This document shows positions 19,005 through 29,300 of a stretch of DNA of 64,000 nucleotides, piece after piece. Every line of letters begins with the position of its first letter. The first letter of the stretch is position 1. The notes under the pieces are model-generated. The model was not told the DNA's origin, searched no databases, and worked only from the letters and a program-made list of their open reading frames with translations. The stretch comes from an uncultured bacterium (GTDB lineage: Bacteria; B130-G9). The position numbers were made by a program, and so were the translations under genes. The stretch spans positions 1 through 64,000 of the forward strand of contig CBDVDH010000009.1 in NCBI GenBank assembly GCA_965372715.1, given 5' to 3'.

Positions 19005-19954
19005 CCTGAGTCGCCTCCATCGCAAGCCTTGCTCTTCGGCTCCTCGCGAAGCCTGTCCTCTACTCCAAGCACCGCGCACAAAGCGGCGATAGCGACCTCG
19101 ACCTGTTCGTCGGACGGCTGCTTTGTAACAAGCCTCTGAAGCAACAGGCCGGGCGCTGTCATCGCTCTGACCACAACCGAATCGCTGGCTTTGGCCGAAA
19201 GACGCAAAAGCTCGTAAGAGATACCGGCTGCCAAAAGCAGCACTATCGGCAGGAACTTCAACCGCGTCGCGGCCTTGCCCAGAGGGTCTTCCTCGTGCGG
19301 AACAAATGAAAAAAGCAGGACGACGAGCACCAAGAGAATGAGCAGAAAGCTGGTTCCGCAGCGGCGATGAAGGACGTCGAACTTGCGCGCGGATTCCACG
19401 GTTACTTTACCGTTCGACTCATACGCATGCACAACCTTGTGCTCCGCACCGTGATACTGGAACACTCGCCTAATGTCCGGCATCAGCGAAATCCCGAGTA
19501 TGTAAAGCAAGAAAATCATAAGCCTAAAGGTCCCATCGGCAAGACTGAAAAGCCAGCCAGAGTCCTTCAGAACCGGAAACTGCGACCCCAAAAGCTCCGT
19601 GAATAAGAGAGGTAGAACGAAGAAGAGAGCAAAGCCAAGGCCTATGGCGGCCAGCATCGAGAACAGGAACGGCCAAAAGGTCCCTTTCTTCTTGCGCTCC
19701 AAAGATTCATCGTGCAGCGCCTCCTGCGCCGAGAAGTTGAGACATCTTATCCCTAGAGACAGGGAATCCCACAACGTTGCGATGCCGCGAACAAACGGCC
19801 ATCTGAATAAAAGGAATCGCTGGGACGGCTGTTTGATATTGTAAACCTTGGACTTAATCGAGCCGTCCGCTTTGCGCACTGAGACAGCTACCGCGTTGGG
19901 GGAGCGCAGCATTACCCCCTCAATTACGGCCTGCCCCCCAACGGTAAGCGGCAT
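19001..19954 (-). CDS. DUF1385 family membrane protein
   Basis: VGGQAVIEGVM, FQYHGAEHK, H.RCGTSF, PGL.LQ...T..P...Q.EVA; typical rpmE-DUF1385-prfA context. Confidence 0.92.
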   Translation of the reverse strand: MPLTVGGQAVIEGVMLRSPNAVAVSVRKADGSIKSKVYNIKQPSQRFLLFRWPFVRGIATLWDSLSLGIRCLNFSAQEALHDESLERKKKGTFWPFLFSMLAAIGLGFALFFVLPLLFTELLGSQFPVLKDSGWLFSLADGTFRLMIFLLYILGISLMPDIRRVFQYHGAEHKVVHAYESNGKVTVESARKFDVLHRRCGTSFLLILLVLVVLLFSFVPHEEDPLGKAATRLKFLPIVLLLAAGISYELLRLSAKASDSVVVRAMTAPGLLLQRLVTKQPSDEQVEVAIAALCAVLGVEDRLREEPKSKACDGGDSG

Positions 19955-20163
19955 TATTCTTCCGCCTTGAGCCCGTACTTCCTACGGAACCGCTCCACGC
20001 GACCGGCGGTGTCAACCAGCTTCTGCTTGCCGGTGAAGAAGGGGTGGCACTTCGAGCATATCTCGATCTTTATGCCCTTCTTCGTCGAGCGGGTCTTGAA
20101 CTTGTTACCGCAAGCACACGAAACCGTCGTTTCATAATACTTGGGGTGTATGTTCTCTTGCAT
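19954..20163 (-). CDS. rpmE: 50S ribosomal protein L31 (zinc-binding C+ type)
   Basis: MQENIHPKY...CACG...[31 protein letters not shown] before ATG 20163. Confidence 0.97.
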   Translation of the reverse strand: MQENIHPKYYETTVSCACGNKFKTRSTKKGIKIEICSKCHPFFTGKQKLVDTAGRVERFRRKYGLKAEE

Positions 20164-20266
20164 ACTTATCTGCCTCCAATGTGAGCAATCCAAAATCATA
20201 GGCGAAACACGGCAGTCTAGCCTTTGTTCCACGCGCCCAAATGCACAAACGTGCAAAGACGACAGG

Positions 20267-20295
20267 ATTATGACCATACCACAATCATAAGTCAA
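20267..20295 (-). promoter_or_regulatory. Putative sigma70 promoter for the rpmE operon
   Basis: TTGACT-17nt-CATAAT. Confidence 0.6.
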
Positions 20296-20359
20296 AAACG
20301 GCGGCGATGATCCCAGTTATGGCGAAAACCGACAAAGGAGATCGCCTCCGAAAACACTG

Positions 20360-20416
20360 TTGACATCGACCTCAAGAATATGCCATATTCTGTTCTAGCG
20401 GCAATAACATGTTATT
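20360..20416 (+). promoter_or_regulatory. Putative promoter plus 14-bp palindromic operator upstream of the beta-helix genes
   Basis: TTGACA-18nt-CATATT with extended -10 TG; perfect palindrome AATAACATGTTATT at 20403-20416. Confidence 0.45.
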
Positions 20417-20549
20417 ATGGGGGATATGATGCGACTTAAACGGCCTTTATTGGGGGGGGTCCGGCCACCACACGCCGAATCCGCCGTGGTCTTCAAACCT
20501 ATTGCAGTTGCAGCTCCAACGCAGACCCAAAATCAGTTAGGAGGATCCG

Positions 20550-22526
20550 ATGTTTAGATCGCCAGTTCTAGAGAAGTCAGTGTTTCTATTCTGTATCGCT
20601 GCCGTATGCTTCCTGGGGCCGTTCTTAGCTCACGCGGCCTTCGCGGCCGATTATTACGTCGATCCGGTCGGTGGCAGCAATGAGAACTCCGGTCTGAGAC
20701 AAGAGGACGCGTTCAGGACCATTACACACGCCCTGGGGATGGCCGGGACCACGCCGGCGACGATACACCTTGAAGCGGGCGCCTACTCAGCTGATACGAA
20801 CGGCGAGACATTCCCACTTAGTATGACTTCAGCAACATCTCTGGTTGGCCAGGGGCCCGGGCTGACGACCCTTTTATGCAACCAAGATACCGAGGGCATA
20901 CACTGCCAGGCGATCGGTAACGTAGCGATTGAGGCCCTTTCCATTGAGACCACCCCCAGCACCGGCCCGTTCCAATGGCCCATCGGAGTCCGTGTCCGCG
21001 GGTCGGATGGGCAGGTCTGCATCAGGCACTGTAACATAGTGGGCTTTTGGATGGCGATTTCCGCAGGTCCGACCGGCAGTACTACTACGATCAGGCATTC
21101 CACCTTCGTCGCTGGTGGAGTGCTGGGGGGAACAGGCAGAATGACCATCGAGGACTGCACATTCATTGACGCCGATCTATTGTTTGGGGCGGAGGTTAGG
21201 CGGTGCGAGTTTTATGATGGCGGCATATCTTTTGGCTTCGGCTACAATCTCATCGAGAAGTGCAAGATAATCGGGGGCGGGATAGAAGGCGACTGCTGGT
21301 ATGCTAGGCCGGGCGTGAGCGGTGAGACCATCATCCGAGATTGCCTCATAGCGGACGCGCCTGACGACACCGGCGTGAAATGGAAGGTTTGGTCATTCTC
21401 GGGGGACATGCCGTCCACTTTCGCCTCAATCCAGCCCATGCTCCCAGGCAGGAGCATGACCTTGAGTGACGAGTTCTCGCTCGAGATGAGCAACTGCACT
21501 GTCTCGGGAAATCGTCTCGGCATCGTTTGCCTGTGCGACTCCAAAAAATTCTACGCGCCATGCCACGTTAGGATATCCGACTGCCGGGTCCTCGGCCACC
21601 CACGCGGCGGCATTCACGTCCGGGGCATCGATGGGACGTGGTTCAGAGACGCCGTTGTGCACAACAGCTTTGTCTCTGGGAACAGCGAGGATACCGAGTA
21701 TTACGGAGCCATTCATTCGTATGGCCTTGTCTCGTTGACCGTTCAGCACTGCACCGTGGTCAACAACTCACTTGCTGGGATTCGAGCGTTTCTCACCGAC
21801 CAGACGACCGTGCGCAATTCCATCTTCTGGGGCAACCACCCCTATGAGATTCTGAACGAAGGCGGGTCGATGAGCCTGGCGAACTGCTGCGTTGAGGGCG
21901 GCTACGAGGGCACAGGCAACATCGAGGCTGACCCGCTCTTCGTGTCTGGGCCGCTCGGGGAGTATTACTTGTCGTCGGTAGCGGCGGGACAGGACGCGGA
22001 CAGCCCATGCCTCGACGCGGGCTACGGAACGCCTGCCGAATACGGCGTGGCCTGGATGACGACCACGACCGACAACGCGTTCGACGCTGGCGCAACCGAC
22101 ATCGGCTACCACTATTCCGCCACGCCTCCTACAATCGTATGCCAAATCACGACTGGCGGAACCGTTGCAGCTGTCTTGGACGAGGCGCCGGTTTTACGGC
22201 CTGGTGACACGCTTTCGGCGCAGGTTACGGTTCAGAACGATGGATGGACTTTCTGGGCAGACGTGTTCGCAGCCTTCATCGCAGCGGATGGGACTGTGTT
22301 CTACATCACGCCGAACGGGCTAACGAGCGCTTTCACGCCGTATGCGATTGACGTCCGGCTGGACGACGGGCTTCATTTCGGTCCGGCGCCGGTGTTTGAG
22401 TTCGCGCTGAACGAGCACGTCGTGCCCGGGACCTACGCGTTCGCCGCCGCGCTTTCGCGCGCCCGCGAGCCGTTCCGCCCCATCGGCGACATCGCCTTTG
22501 CGGCGTTTGCTTTCGAATTAGAATAG
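20550..22526 (+). CDS. Secreted DUF1565 / right-handed parallel beta-helix protein with shared C-terminal domain (paralog 1)
   Basis: Signal peptide (AFA-ADYYVD), G.N.NSG....AFRTITHAL, GETFPL, beta-helix repeats, ADPLFVSGPLGEYYLS...SPC.DAG; SD AGGAGG. Confidence 0.85.
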   Translation: MFRSPVLEKSVFLFCIAAVCFLGPFLAHAAFAADYYVDPVGGSNENSGLRQEDAFRTITHALGMAGTTPATIHLEAGAYSADTNGETFPLSMTSATSLVGQGPGLTTLLCNQDTEGIHCQAIGNVAIEALSIETTPSTGPFQWPIGVRVRGSDGQVCIRHCNIVGFWMAISAGPTGSTTTIRHSTFVAGGVLGGTGRMTIEDCTFIDADLLFGAEVRRCEFYDGGISFGFGYNLIEKCKIIGGGIEGDCWYARPGVSGETIIRDCLIADAPDDTGVKWKVWSFSGDMPSTFASIQPMLPGRSMTLSDEFSLEMSNCTVSGNRLGIVCLCDSKKFYAPCHVRISDCRVLGHPRGGIHVRGIDGTWFRDAVVHNSFVSGNSEDTEYYGAIHSYGLVSLTVQHCTVVNNSLAGIRAFLTDQTTVRNSIFWGNHPYEILNEGGSMSLANCCVEGGYEGTGNIEADPLFVSGPLGEYYLSSVAAGQDADSPCLDAGYGTPAEYGVAWMTTTTDNAFDAGATDIGYHYSATPPTIVCQITTGGTVAAVLDEAPVLRPGDTLSAQVTVQNDGWTFWADVFAAFIAADGTVFYITPNGLTSAFTPYAIDVRLDDGLHFGPAPVFEFALNEHVVPGTYAFAAALSRAREPFRPIGDIAFAAFAFELE

Positions 22527-22670
22527 GAGATAGGAATCATGGCGACTAGACACAATTGCAGGCCTGCCCTCTTCTGGATAGACTTAACTGAGTAACGAAT
22601 CGAGGAGAGACGGCGAGGCGGCCGTGCTCCGTCGCGCCGCCTCCCCAGAATCCGAACAGGAGGAGCACAA

Positions 22671-24563
22671 ATGAAGACTCTTTATACTTCAGCCCTGATC
22701 ATGGCGTTTGTGATCACGAGCGTCGCGGCTGCTTATGCCACCGACTACTATGTCGATGGAATAAACGGTGACGACGCCAACTCCGGTCTCTCCCCGGACG
22801 AGGCTTTCAAGACCATAACATACGCGCTCGAGGTGATTCAGCCGAGCGAAGATACGCCTGCGACTGTATCCGTTGCTGCGGGGACATACTCCGCCTCAAC
22901 CAACGGCGAGGCGTTCCCGCTGCCAATTAGGAGCCATTTAGCGCTTGTCGGCAATGATCCAGAAACCACGCTTCTCGACGCCGAAAAACGTGCGGGCATA
23001 TCCGTCATTTCCTGCAACCGTGTATCCAGCGTAACGATAAGCAACCTTGGGATCATTAATGCGGCATCAGAACCCGCGCTCAAGTGCATTAGCACGCACC
23101 TTTTCGTAAGAGGCTGCCATTTCAGAAACAACGAAAAAGGCAGCATCATCTGCGATGGTGTCATCCATAGTGCCGGCCATATAGCCATAGAATCGTCGCT
23201 ATTCGTTGGGAATGGCGGTGTATGCGTCGATGTCTGCACGAACCTTTACACAGTGTCCCAGGGTGTAGTCATGAACTCAACATTCTTAATGAATACGGGC
23301 TGTCTTTTCGCATCGACTGGCGACCTCACGGCTTCCGAGTGCTTGATCCAGGAGAATGAAGCCAGGGTCTATGACAAGTCTGGTGGCAACCTCTTGATCG
23401 AGAAAACCATCATAAGGGGCAACGTCAGCGACGACAGCCTGTTTCTGGGGGGCCCGTCCGTTGTCCGAGATTGCGTGATCGAAGGCAACACAAGCAACGG
23501 CGCCTTATTTGGAACGCGCAGTGCATGCGTTATCCGAAACTGCGTGATCGATGGCAACACAAGCGGCGAGTCAATCTTCTATTTAGAGAGCGGAGGGTGG
23601 TTTATCAGCTATTATATGGGAAGGCTGGTGGTGGAGGACAGCCTCATCGCACGAAACGTTCCCGAGAGCGGGAGCCTGATCTGCACCAAAGCCTACTACC
23701 TCATGAAGCGTTGTCCCGCTGTTGTGACGCGCACCCCGCTGATGGATGACCAGGAGCAGATCGAGCTAAGAAGAAGCACGATCGTCGGCAATGGGCCTAT
23801 TTTGGCACGTCGGCGAGGAGAGCGCCAACCGACCACTACTAGCTCCGATGGCCTGCCGGTCCAAGATTGTATCTTCTCGGATAACACAGTTCGCTTTGAC
23901 GTTCACTGGTCCAACATGGAGGGATATTACTCAGTGCCATACAACATTGATCATAGTTGCTTGCAGGAGGAGTTCGAGGGCGAGGGGAACTTCGTGGCGG
24001 ACCCGATGTTCGTTTCGGGGCCGCTGGGGGATTATTACCTGTCGTCCGTTGAGGCGGGACAGGACGCCGACAGCCCCTGCATGGACGCGGGCTCCACAAG
24101 CGCCTCAATCGCCGGCGTGAACTGGCGGACGACTCGCACCGACGGGGAGTTCGACACGGGCACAGTCGATATCGGCTACCATTACTCCGCGACGCCGCCC
24201 ACCATCGACTGCTTTGTCTCCGCCGGCCACGAACCCCTGCACCCAGGCGATGCGCTCAGCGCCTCGATGAGCGTCGAAAACGGCGGGCTGCCGGTCTGGG
24301 TCGATGTCTATGCGGGCTTCATCCTGCCCAACGGCAGCATTTACTGCGTCTCGCCCGAGGGCCTCACGACCGACCTCGTCCCCTGGGCCGCCACATCGCA
24401 CCTCCCAACGGACTTCGCCTCACTCCCGATTCGCGTGTTCGAGGCGCAGATTCCCGGCAGCCTGCCGGAAGGCACATACGTCTTCGCCGCCGCGCTATCA
24501 TTGACCGGCGCCTTCCGCCCCGTCGGCGACATCGCCTTCACCCAATTCACAATCGGCAGTTAG
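22671..24563 (+). CDS. Secreted DUF1565 / right-handed parallel beta-helix protein with shared C-terminal domain (paralog 2)
   Basis: Signal peptide (AYA-TDYYVD), same N- and C-terminal blocks as paralog 1, I.GN beta-helix repeats; SD AGGAGG. Confidence 0.85.
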   Translation: MKTLYTSALIMAFVITSVAAAYATDYYVDGINGDDANSGLSPDEAFKTITYALEVIQPSEDTPATVSVAAGTYSASTNGEAFPLPIRSHLALVGNDPETTLLDAEKRAGISVISCNRVSSVTISNLGIINAASEPALKCISTHLFVRGCHFRNNEKGSIICDGVIHSAGHIAIESSLFVGNGGVCVDVCTNLYTVSQGVVMNSTFLMNTGCLFASTGDLTASECLIQENEARVYDKSGGNLLIEKTIIRGNVSDDSLFLGGPSVVRDCVIEGNTSNGALFGTRSACVIRNCVIDGNTSGESIFYLESGGWFISYYMGRLVVEDSLIARNVPESGSLICTKAYYLMKRCPAVVTRTPLMDDQEQIELRRSTIVGNGPILARRRGERQPTTTSSDGLPVQDCIFSDNTVRFDVHWSNMEGYYSVPYNIDHSCLQEEFEGEGNFVADPMFVSGPLGDYYLSSVEAGQDADSPCMDAGSTSASIAGVNWRTTRTDGEFDTGTVDIGYHYSATPPTIDCFVSAGHEPLHPGDALSASMSVENGGLPVWVDVYAGFILPNGSIYCVSPEGLTTDLVPWAATSHLPTDFASLPIRVFEAQIPGSLPEGTYVFAAALSLTGAFRPVGDIAFTQFTIGS

Positions 24564-24602
24564 CAGTTCCGCCGTCGCCAGGCTCTGGCGGACAAGTTGG
24601 CC

Positions 24603-24629
24603 GTGTAGGGCGGGCTTTCCAGCCTGCCA
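24603..24629 (+). repeat. REP of the GGCAGGCTTTCCAGCCTGCC family
   Basis: GTGTAGGGCGGGCTTTCCAGCCTGCCA. Confidence 0.85.
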
Positions 24630-24741
24630 GCGACTGTCGTGGATTCAAGGCGCAGGTGCCGAGAGCCGTTAGGTAGCAAGGCTGTTGCCCTGCAAGTATC
24701 CCTGACAGGGAGTAAGAGGTTGTGCGGATGCTGCTCAGTCG

Positions 24742-26079
24742 TCAGCGCTTGACTGCGGGCATGAGGCGCTTCGTAACCTTGCCGATTAGAGTGCGTATCC
24801 CAGCCTCAGTTATCTCAGCCAACACCAGTTCGCCGATTTCGCATCTATCTTGCGGCAAATTGACGATGACGTGCTGCGGAGACCGGCCGCACGGCGCGCC
24901 GCGGTCCTTCTTGCTGACGCCATCTACAAGGACCTCGACGGTCTTCCCCACGAACGGCCGCAGTCGCTGAACGTGGTTTTGGCGCTGCAACGCGAGCAGC
25001 CTCTCAAAACGCGCCTTGATCGCTTCCTTGGGGACATCATTCCGGAAACTGGCCGCCTTCGTGAATGGCCGAGGCGAATATATGAAGCTATAGACATTGT
25101 CGAACTGGGCGAGGCGCACGACCTGGAGCGTGTCCTCAAAGTCAGCGTCCGACTCGCCGGGGAATCCGACCATTATGTCCGTTGAGATGAAGCATCCCTC
25201 GACGTGTTGTCGCAGCCAGGAGACCTTCTCGAGGTATTCTTTCCTCGTATAGCCTCGATTCATCAGACGGAGAATGCGGTCCGAGCCAGATTGAAGCGGC
25301 AGGGAGATGTAGGGCGCAGAGGGCGGGTGCGCCATCATCCTCACCGTATCCAGGCACAGGTCTTTGGAATGCGTCGTTATGAACCGAAGGCGCCTCAGGC
25401 CGTCGATGCGTGCCAGCCGCTCCAGAAGGCTCACAAACTTGAGCTCGCCGTGCCTATAGGCATTAACGTTTTGACCGAGCAGACAGACATCGATGTAGCC
25501 CGCCTCGGCCAGCAGCTTCACCTCATCGATTATGCTCTCCGGTTCTCGATGCCTAATCCGGCCCCTGACGTAGGGCACGATGCAATAGCTGCAGAAGTTG
25601 CTGCACCCCCTCGAAATGGCCACGAATGCGCTCCTTCTATTCTGTCGCCGCACGGTGGACGGATCGTAGTCCCAACCTGAGCAATCAGCCTGAAGCGCAA
25701 GGATTCCTCGCTCGCCGGCCGCCAGTCTGTCGAGTATCTCGCCCAGTTGAGAGACGGCGCCGACGCCCAGAACAAAATCAGCGTTACACGGCGCATCGAG
25801 GAGCCTCTCCTTCATCTGCTGCGCGACGCAGCCCATTACGCCGACCAGTCGCTGTCCACTTCGTCCCCTCTCGTCTCTGGTGTAATTGCAGAGCATCGAC
25901 GTTGCCTTGTCCTGCGCCCTTGCCCTGACAGAGCAAGTATTCAGAAGGACCAGGTCCGCGGACTCATCGCTTTCAGCAGGCGTGAATCCCGCCGTCTCAA
26001 GCTCGCCCGCAGCCAGCTCGCTGTCCAGCTTGTTCATCTGACAGCCAAACGTCCGAATCAAATACGTTCCGCCGCTCAA
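24742..26079 (-). CDS. miaB: tRNA-2-methylthio-N6-dimethylallyladenosine synthase
   Basis: TFGCQMN..DS, NTCSVR, GCVAQ, CSNFCSYC radical SAM motif, LLGQNVNAY, C-terminal TRAM. Confidence 0.95.
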   Translation of the reverse strand: MSGGTYLIRTFGCQMNKLDSELAAGELETAGFTPAESDESADLVLLNTCSVRARAQDKATSMLCNYTRDERGRSGQRLVGVMGCVAQQMKERLLDAPCNADFVLGVGAVSQLGEILDRLAAGERGILALQADCSGWDYDPSTVRRQNRRSAFVAISRGCSNFCSYCIVPYVRGRIRHREPESIIDEVKLLAEAGYIDVCLLGQNVNAYRHGELKFVSLLERLARIDGLRRLRFITTHSKDLCLDTVRMMAHPPSAPYISLPLQSGSDRILRLMNRGYTRKEYLEKVSWLRQHVEGCFISTDIMVGFPGESDADFEDTLQVVRLAQFDNVYSFIYSPRPFTKAASFRNDVPKEAIKARFERLLALQRQNHVQRLRPFVGKTVEVLVDGVSKKDRGAPCGRSPQHVIVNLPQDRCEIGELVLAEITEAGIRTLIGKVTKRLMPAVKR

Positions 26080-26344
26080 TTTCTCCCCTCTTATGGGCCG
26101 CTGAGAGTTTGGGCTAGATACACTCCTTACACGACACGATAAGCCTTGACTTCACACATTACAATACGGCATATTTATTGTGCGAGTGGATGTAAGCGCT
26201 GAAAGTGCGCTTGCTGTTGACATGTACTATTCTTCTTTATTGTGGCAAGCACGTCATAGCTAAGTAGCAATAATTGCCGTGTGTTTCAGGCATATCTATG
26301 TTTTGGGGTTATGGTTTTTTGATTGAAGAACCTGAGGAGGAATT

Positions 26345-29300
26345 ATGAAAAGGGCTTCTACGATCGGTTTGGTTTTGATGGCAGGGGCGTGCGTTCTTAT
26401 GTTCGCGCCTGCTGCTTTGGGACAGGTCGTTGGCGGGACCCCGTGGCCTTCACTTCACTTTGACTACGAGAATAGGCGAGGCACGATTGATACCGGCCCT
26501 GACCTCGCTACGCAGAATCTCACGATCCACTGGAGCTTTGAGTGCGGCGGCGGAGATTCGGGCGCCGGCCGATCGAACCCGATTATTGACTCTTTTGGGC
26601 GGATCTTCGCATTCGGCACGAGAGTCGGCTCTTTGGGCCCCGCTACTATGCTCTATTGCGCCCGAGAGGCGGAACCTGACGAGGCCGGCTGCATCGTCGC
26701 CGAGCAGCTTTGGATGACCGAAGTGGGTTACTATCCATCAAGCACGTGGAATACTGGGGCGCTTAATCCGACCGGAGACAGGCTTTATTTTGCGGGGCAA
26801 GGCCCTTCCGGTCTGGCCCTCGACTGCTACGACCCTGCGGGCGACCCAAGTAGCCCCGGGGCCCCTCTGCTTCTTTTCTCCACACCGTTCACAAACAGCG
26901 GGACGGACGCCTCCGACATCCTCGTTGACACAAATGACCACCGTCTCTATGTATTCGGTAACTCCGCCGGCACATCAACTGCCTACGGATTCGCCATGGG
27001 AGGAGAACTGGAAGGCCAGATAATCTGGTGGTATGGCATCGACCTCCCGACGGACTACGACAGCATTGACGCAGATATATGCGCCTCACCGGTCCTGTGC
27101 ACTACGCAATACACATATTACGAATATGAACCAGGAGATATGCCAGGGCAAGGCACATACTGGCAGGGCATGGCTCAACCACGGACGATATACGGACCGG
27201 GTGCGGATGGCAACCTCTACGCGATGCACACGATTGCGGCCACCGTCTGGTCTCCGCCTCCCATATTAGCTCCTCCTCCGCCACCCCCGGCAGGCGATCC
27301 ATCGCCTGTTCATCTGAAGTGGTCATACACGGTAAGCGGTGACGGCTCGGCCCTGGTGAGCTCGCCTGTCGTTGTGCCGAGAAGTTGGAACTTCCAGAAG
27401 GATCCCGTCATGGGTGATCCCCCTCCAGAGGGAGTGCCACCGTCAATGAAGTATAACCACGTTGGCGTCACGACGTCCACGATCTACATCTGCGATCCAG
27501 CGGGGACTCTTCTCTGCATCGAAGACTCATGGTATGAAGATCACGACTGGGAATTCCAGGACTGGATGGGTGACCCGCCAATGCCAATATGGATTGACAA
27601 CAACGACGAGTACGTAATGGGTCCCGATATTCCGCCTCCAGGCATACCTGTGGGGGCCTTCCCTCGGCGTTACACGACTCACTTGAGATGGTCGTATGAC
27701 TTCCTGGGCCCGGTTGCGACGACGCCGATTCTGACGGGCACAGTTATTTTCGTGGCGGATGAAACATCACTGCACGCTATCGATATCACGACGGGCACTG
27801 ACCCGTTGACCGACTACTACGGTCTGACTGAGGGTCATCCACTTTGGGCCACAAGCGCAGCCGACGGCGACGCCGATGCCGAGTGGGATTTCTCCGCGCA
27901 CCCTGACCTGGGCGTCGCGCCGTCCCCGGCGCTTGGCGGCAACGGGCTAATCTGGCTGGTAACGAGCGATGGGTGGCTGCACGTCGTCTCGTCCATGGAC
28001 AACGACTCCCTGGGCTACGCAGCCGGCAGCGTCGTATTTTCTTATTTCACACCCAGCGAAGACCACCACCGGGGCACAGAGAACCCACCGTTCTACTCAC
28101 CAGCCTTCCCCCATGACCCACTAGAGATGATCCGCTCGCCGATCATTTCGGGCGGATACGTCTATGTTTCCGGCCAGGGCCTGGGCGAAGACCCCATGAC
28201 AGGGGACACTTACGACACCGGCTGGGTTATGAAGATCAAGGAGAACGTTACAGGCAGGTTCAGGTTCTTGGACGTGAACCCCAAGGTCGGCTACACAGAA
28301 GAAAACCGCATGAACCGACTCCCCACGGTGTTTACCTACAACGTCGATTACTACGACCCGGACTGCGGCTCGAAAGGTGTTTATGATGATGACGTCCCGC
28401 ATCAGGAGAACCCCATCATCCTCTACGTTGATGGATTCCACGCTTTTTGGCGATATGACGATGTGATGTCAGGCTATCCGCCGTTCCACGTCGACCCGCG
28501 CGATCCTAACCCCTCCGCCGTTCCAGCAGCTTACGCCGACCCGCCCTGGGGTATCTGGGAGGGGATGCTGTATCAGCTTGAGACAGGCGATGACGAGCGG
28601 CGCCTCGGGACCTACGAGTATACTTCCGACGGCTCAGTGTCGGCGCCGGCTTTGCGGGAATACATCTACTACAACCAGAACGGCTGCTTCAATTACTTCT
28701 TCGAGACGGTCGATGGCTTCGGACTGAATGCGCCGATAGTCTCCGAGATCAATACCGGACCGAACATGTGTCCCGAGCTTTACTTCGTCAAAACCGCCGT
28801 CATCTTCGATGGCACAATTTCGAGGCCGGAAAAAAGCGTCGTTGACGTCTCCGTCTGGTATTACGATTCGGACGAGGACGCGCCGAGAGTGCGAGAGGTG
28901 TATCTGGACAATATCGCGTATTCAATGTACGGCAACGCGGTCATCGGCAACGCGTCCGTGTCGTGGGAGGACAGATATTCCTTCCACATGACGACCACCA
29001 GCGACACGCCGAGCTTCCACTTCGAGTTCACGGACAATCCGACTGCGGTTCATCCGGATTGGCCGAGAGACGCAGCTGAGCCTTGTGCGACGAGGCATCC
29101 TAAATACGGCCAGTTATTCACTCTCCTGTTGCGGGACGGCAAAGTTACGCCGGCCGTCGGGCCGCCGGGCATCTACACCTATAGCGTTCGCTTCTTTGAC
29201 CCAGAGGGCCGAACTTCCGGCATCAACACCGGTCAAGTGGGCTGCCTGAATGCTCACGTTTACATCGATGATGTCCAATATGATATGGAGCTTCTGCCGG

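Noticed and set aside
21900-24205. Diversity-generating retroelement TR/VR pair between the beta-helix paralogs, or between hisC and its remnant
   Set aside because: Mismatches are mostly third-position and not adenine-specific, and there is no reverse transcriptase in the window.
26100-26344. Riboswitch (e.g. c-di-GMP) in the leader of the 2493-aa gene
   Set aside because: AT-rich with several TTGAC hexamers but no aptamer consensus I can recognise; promoter spacing is ambiguous, so none was called.
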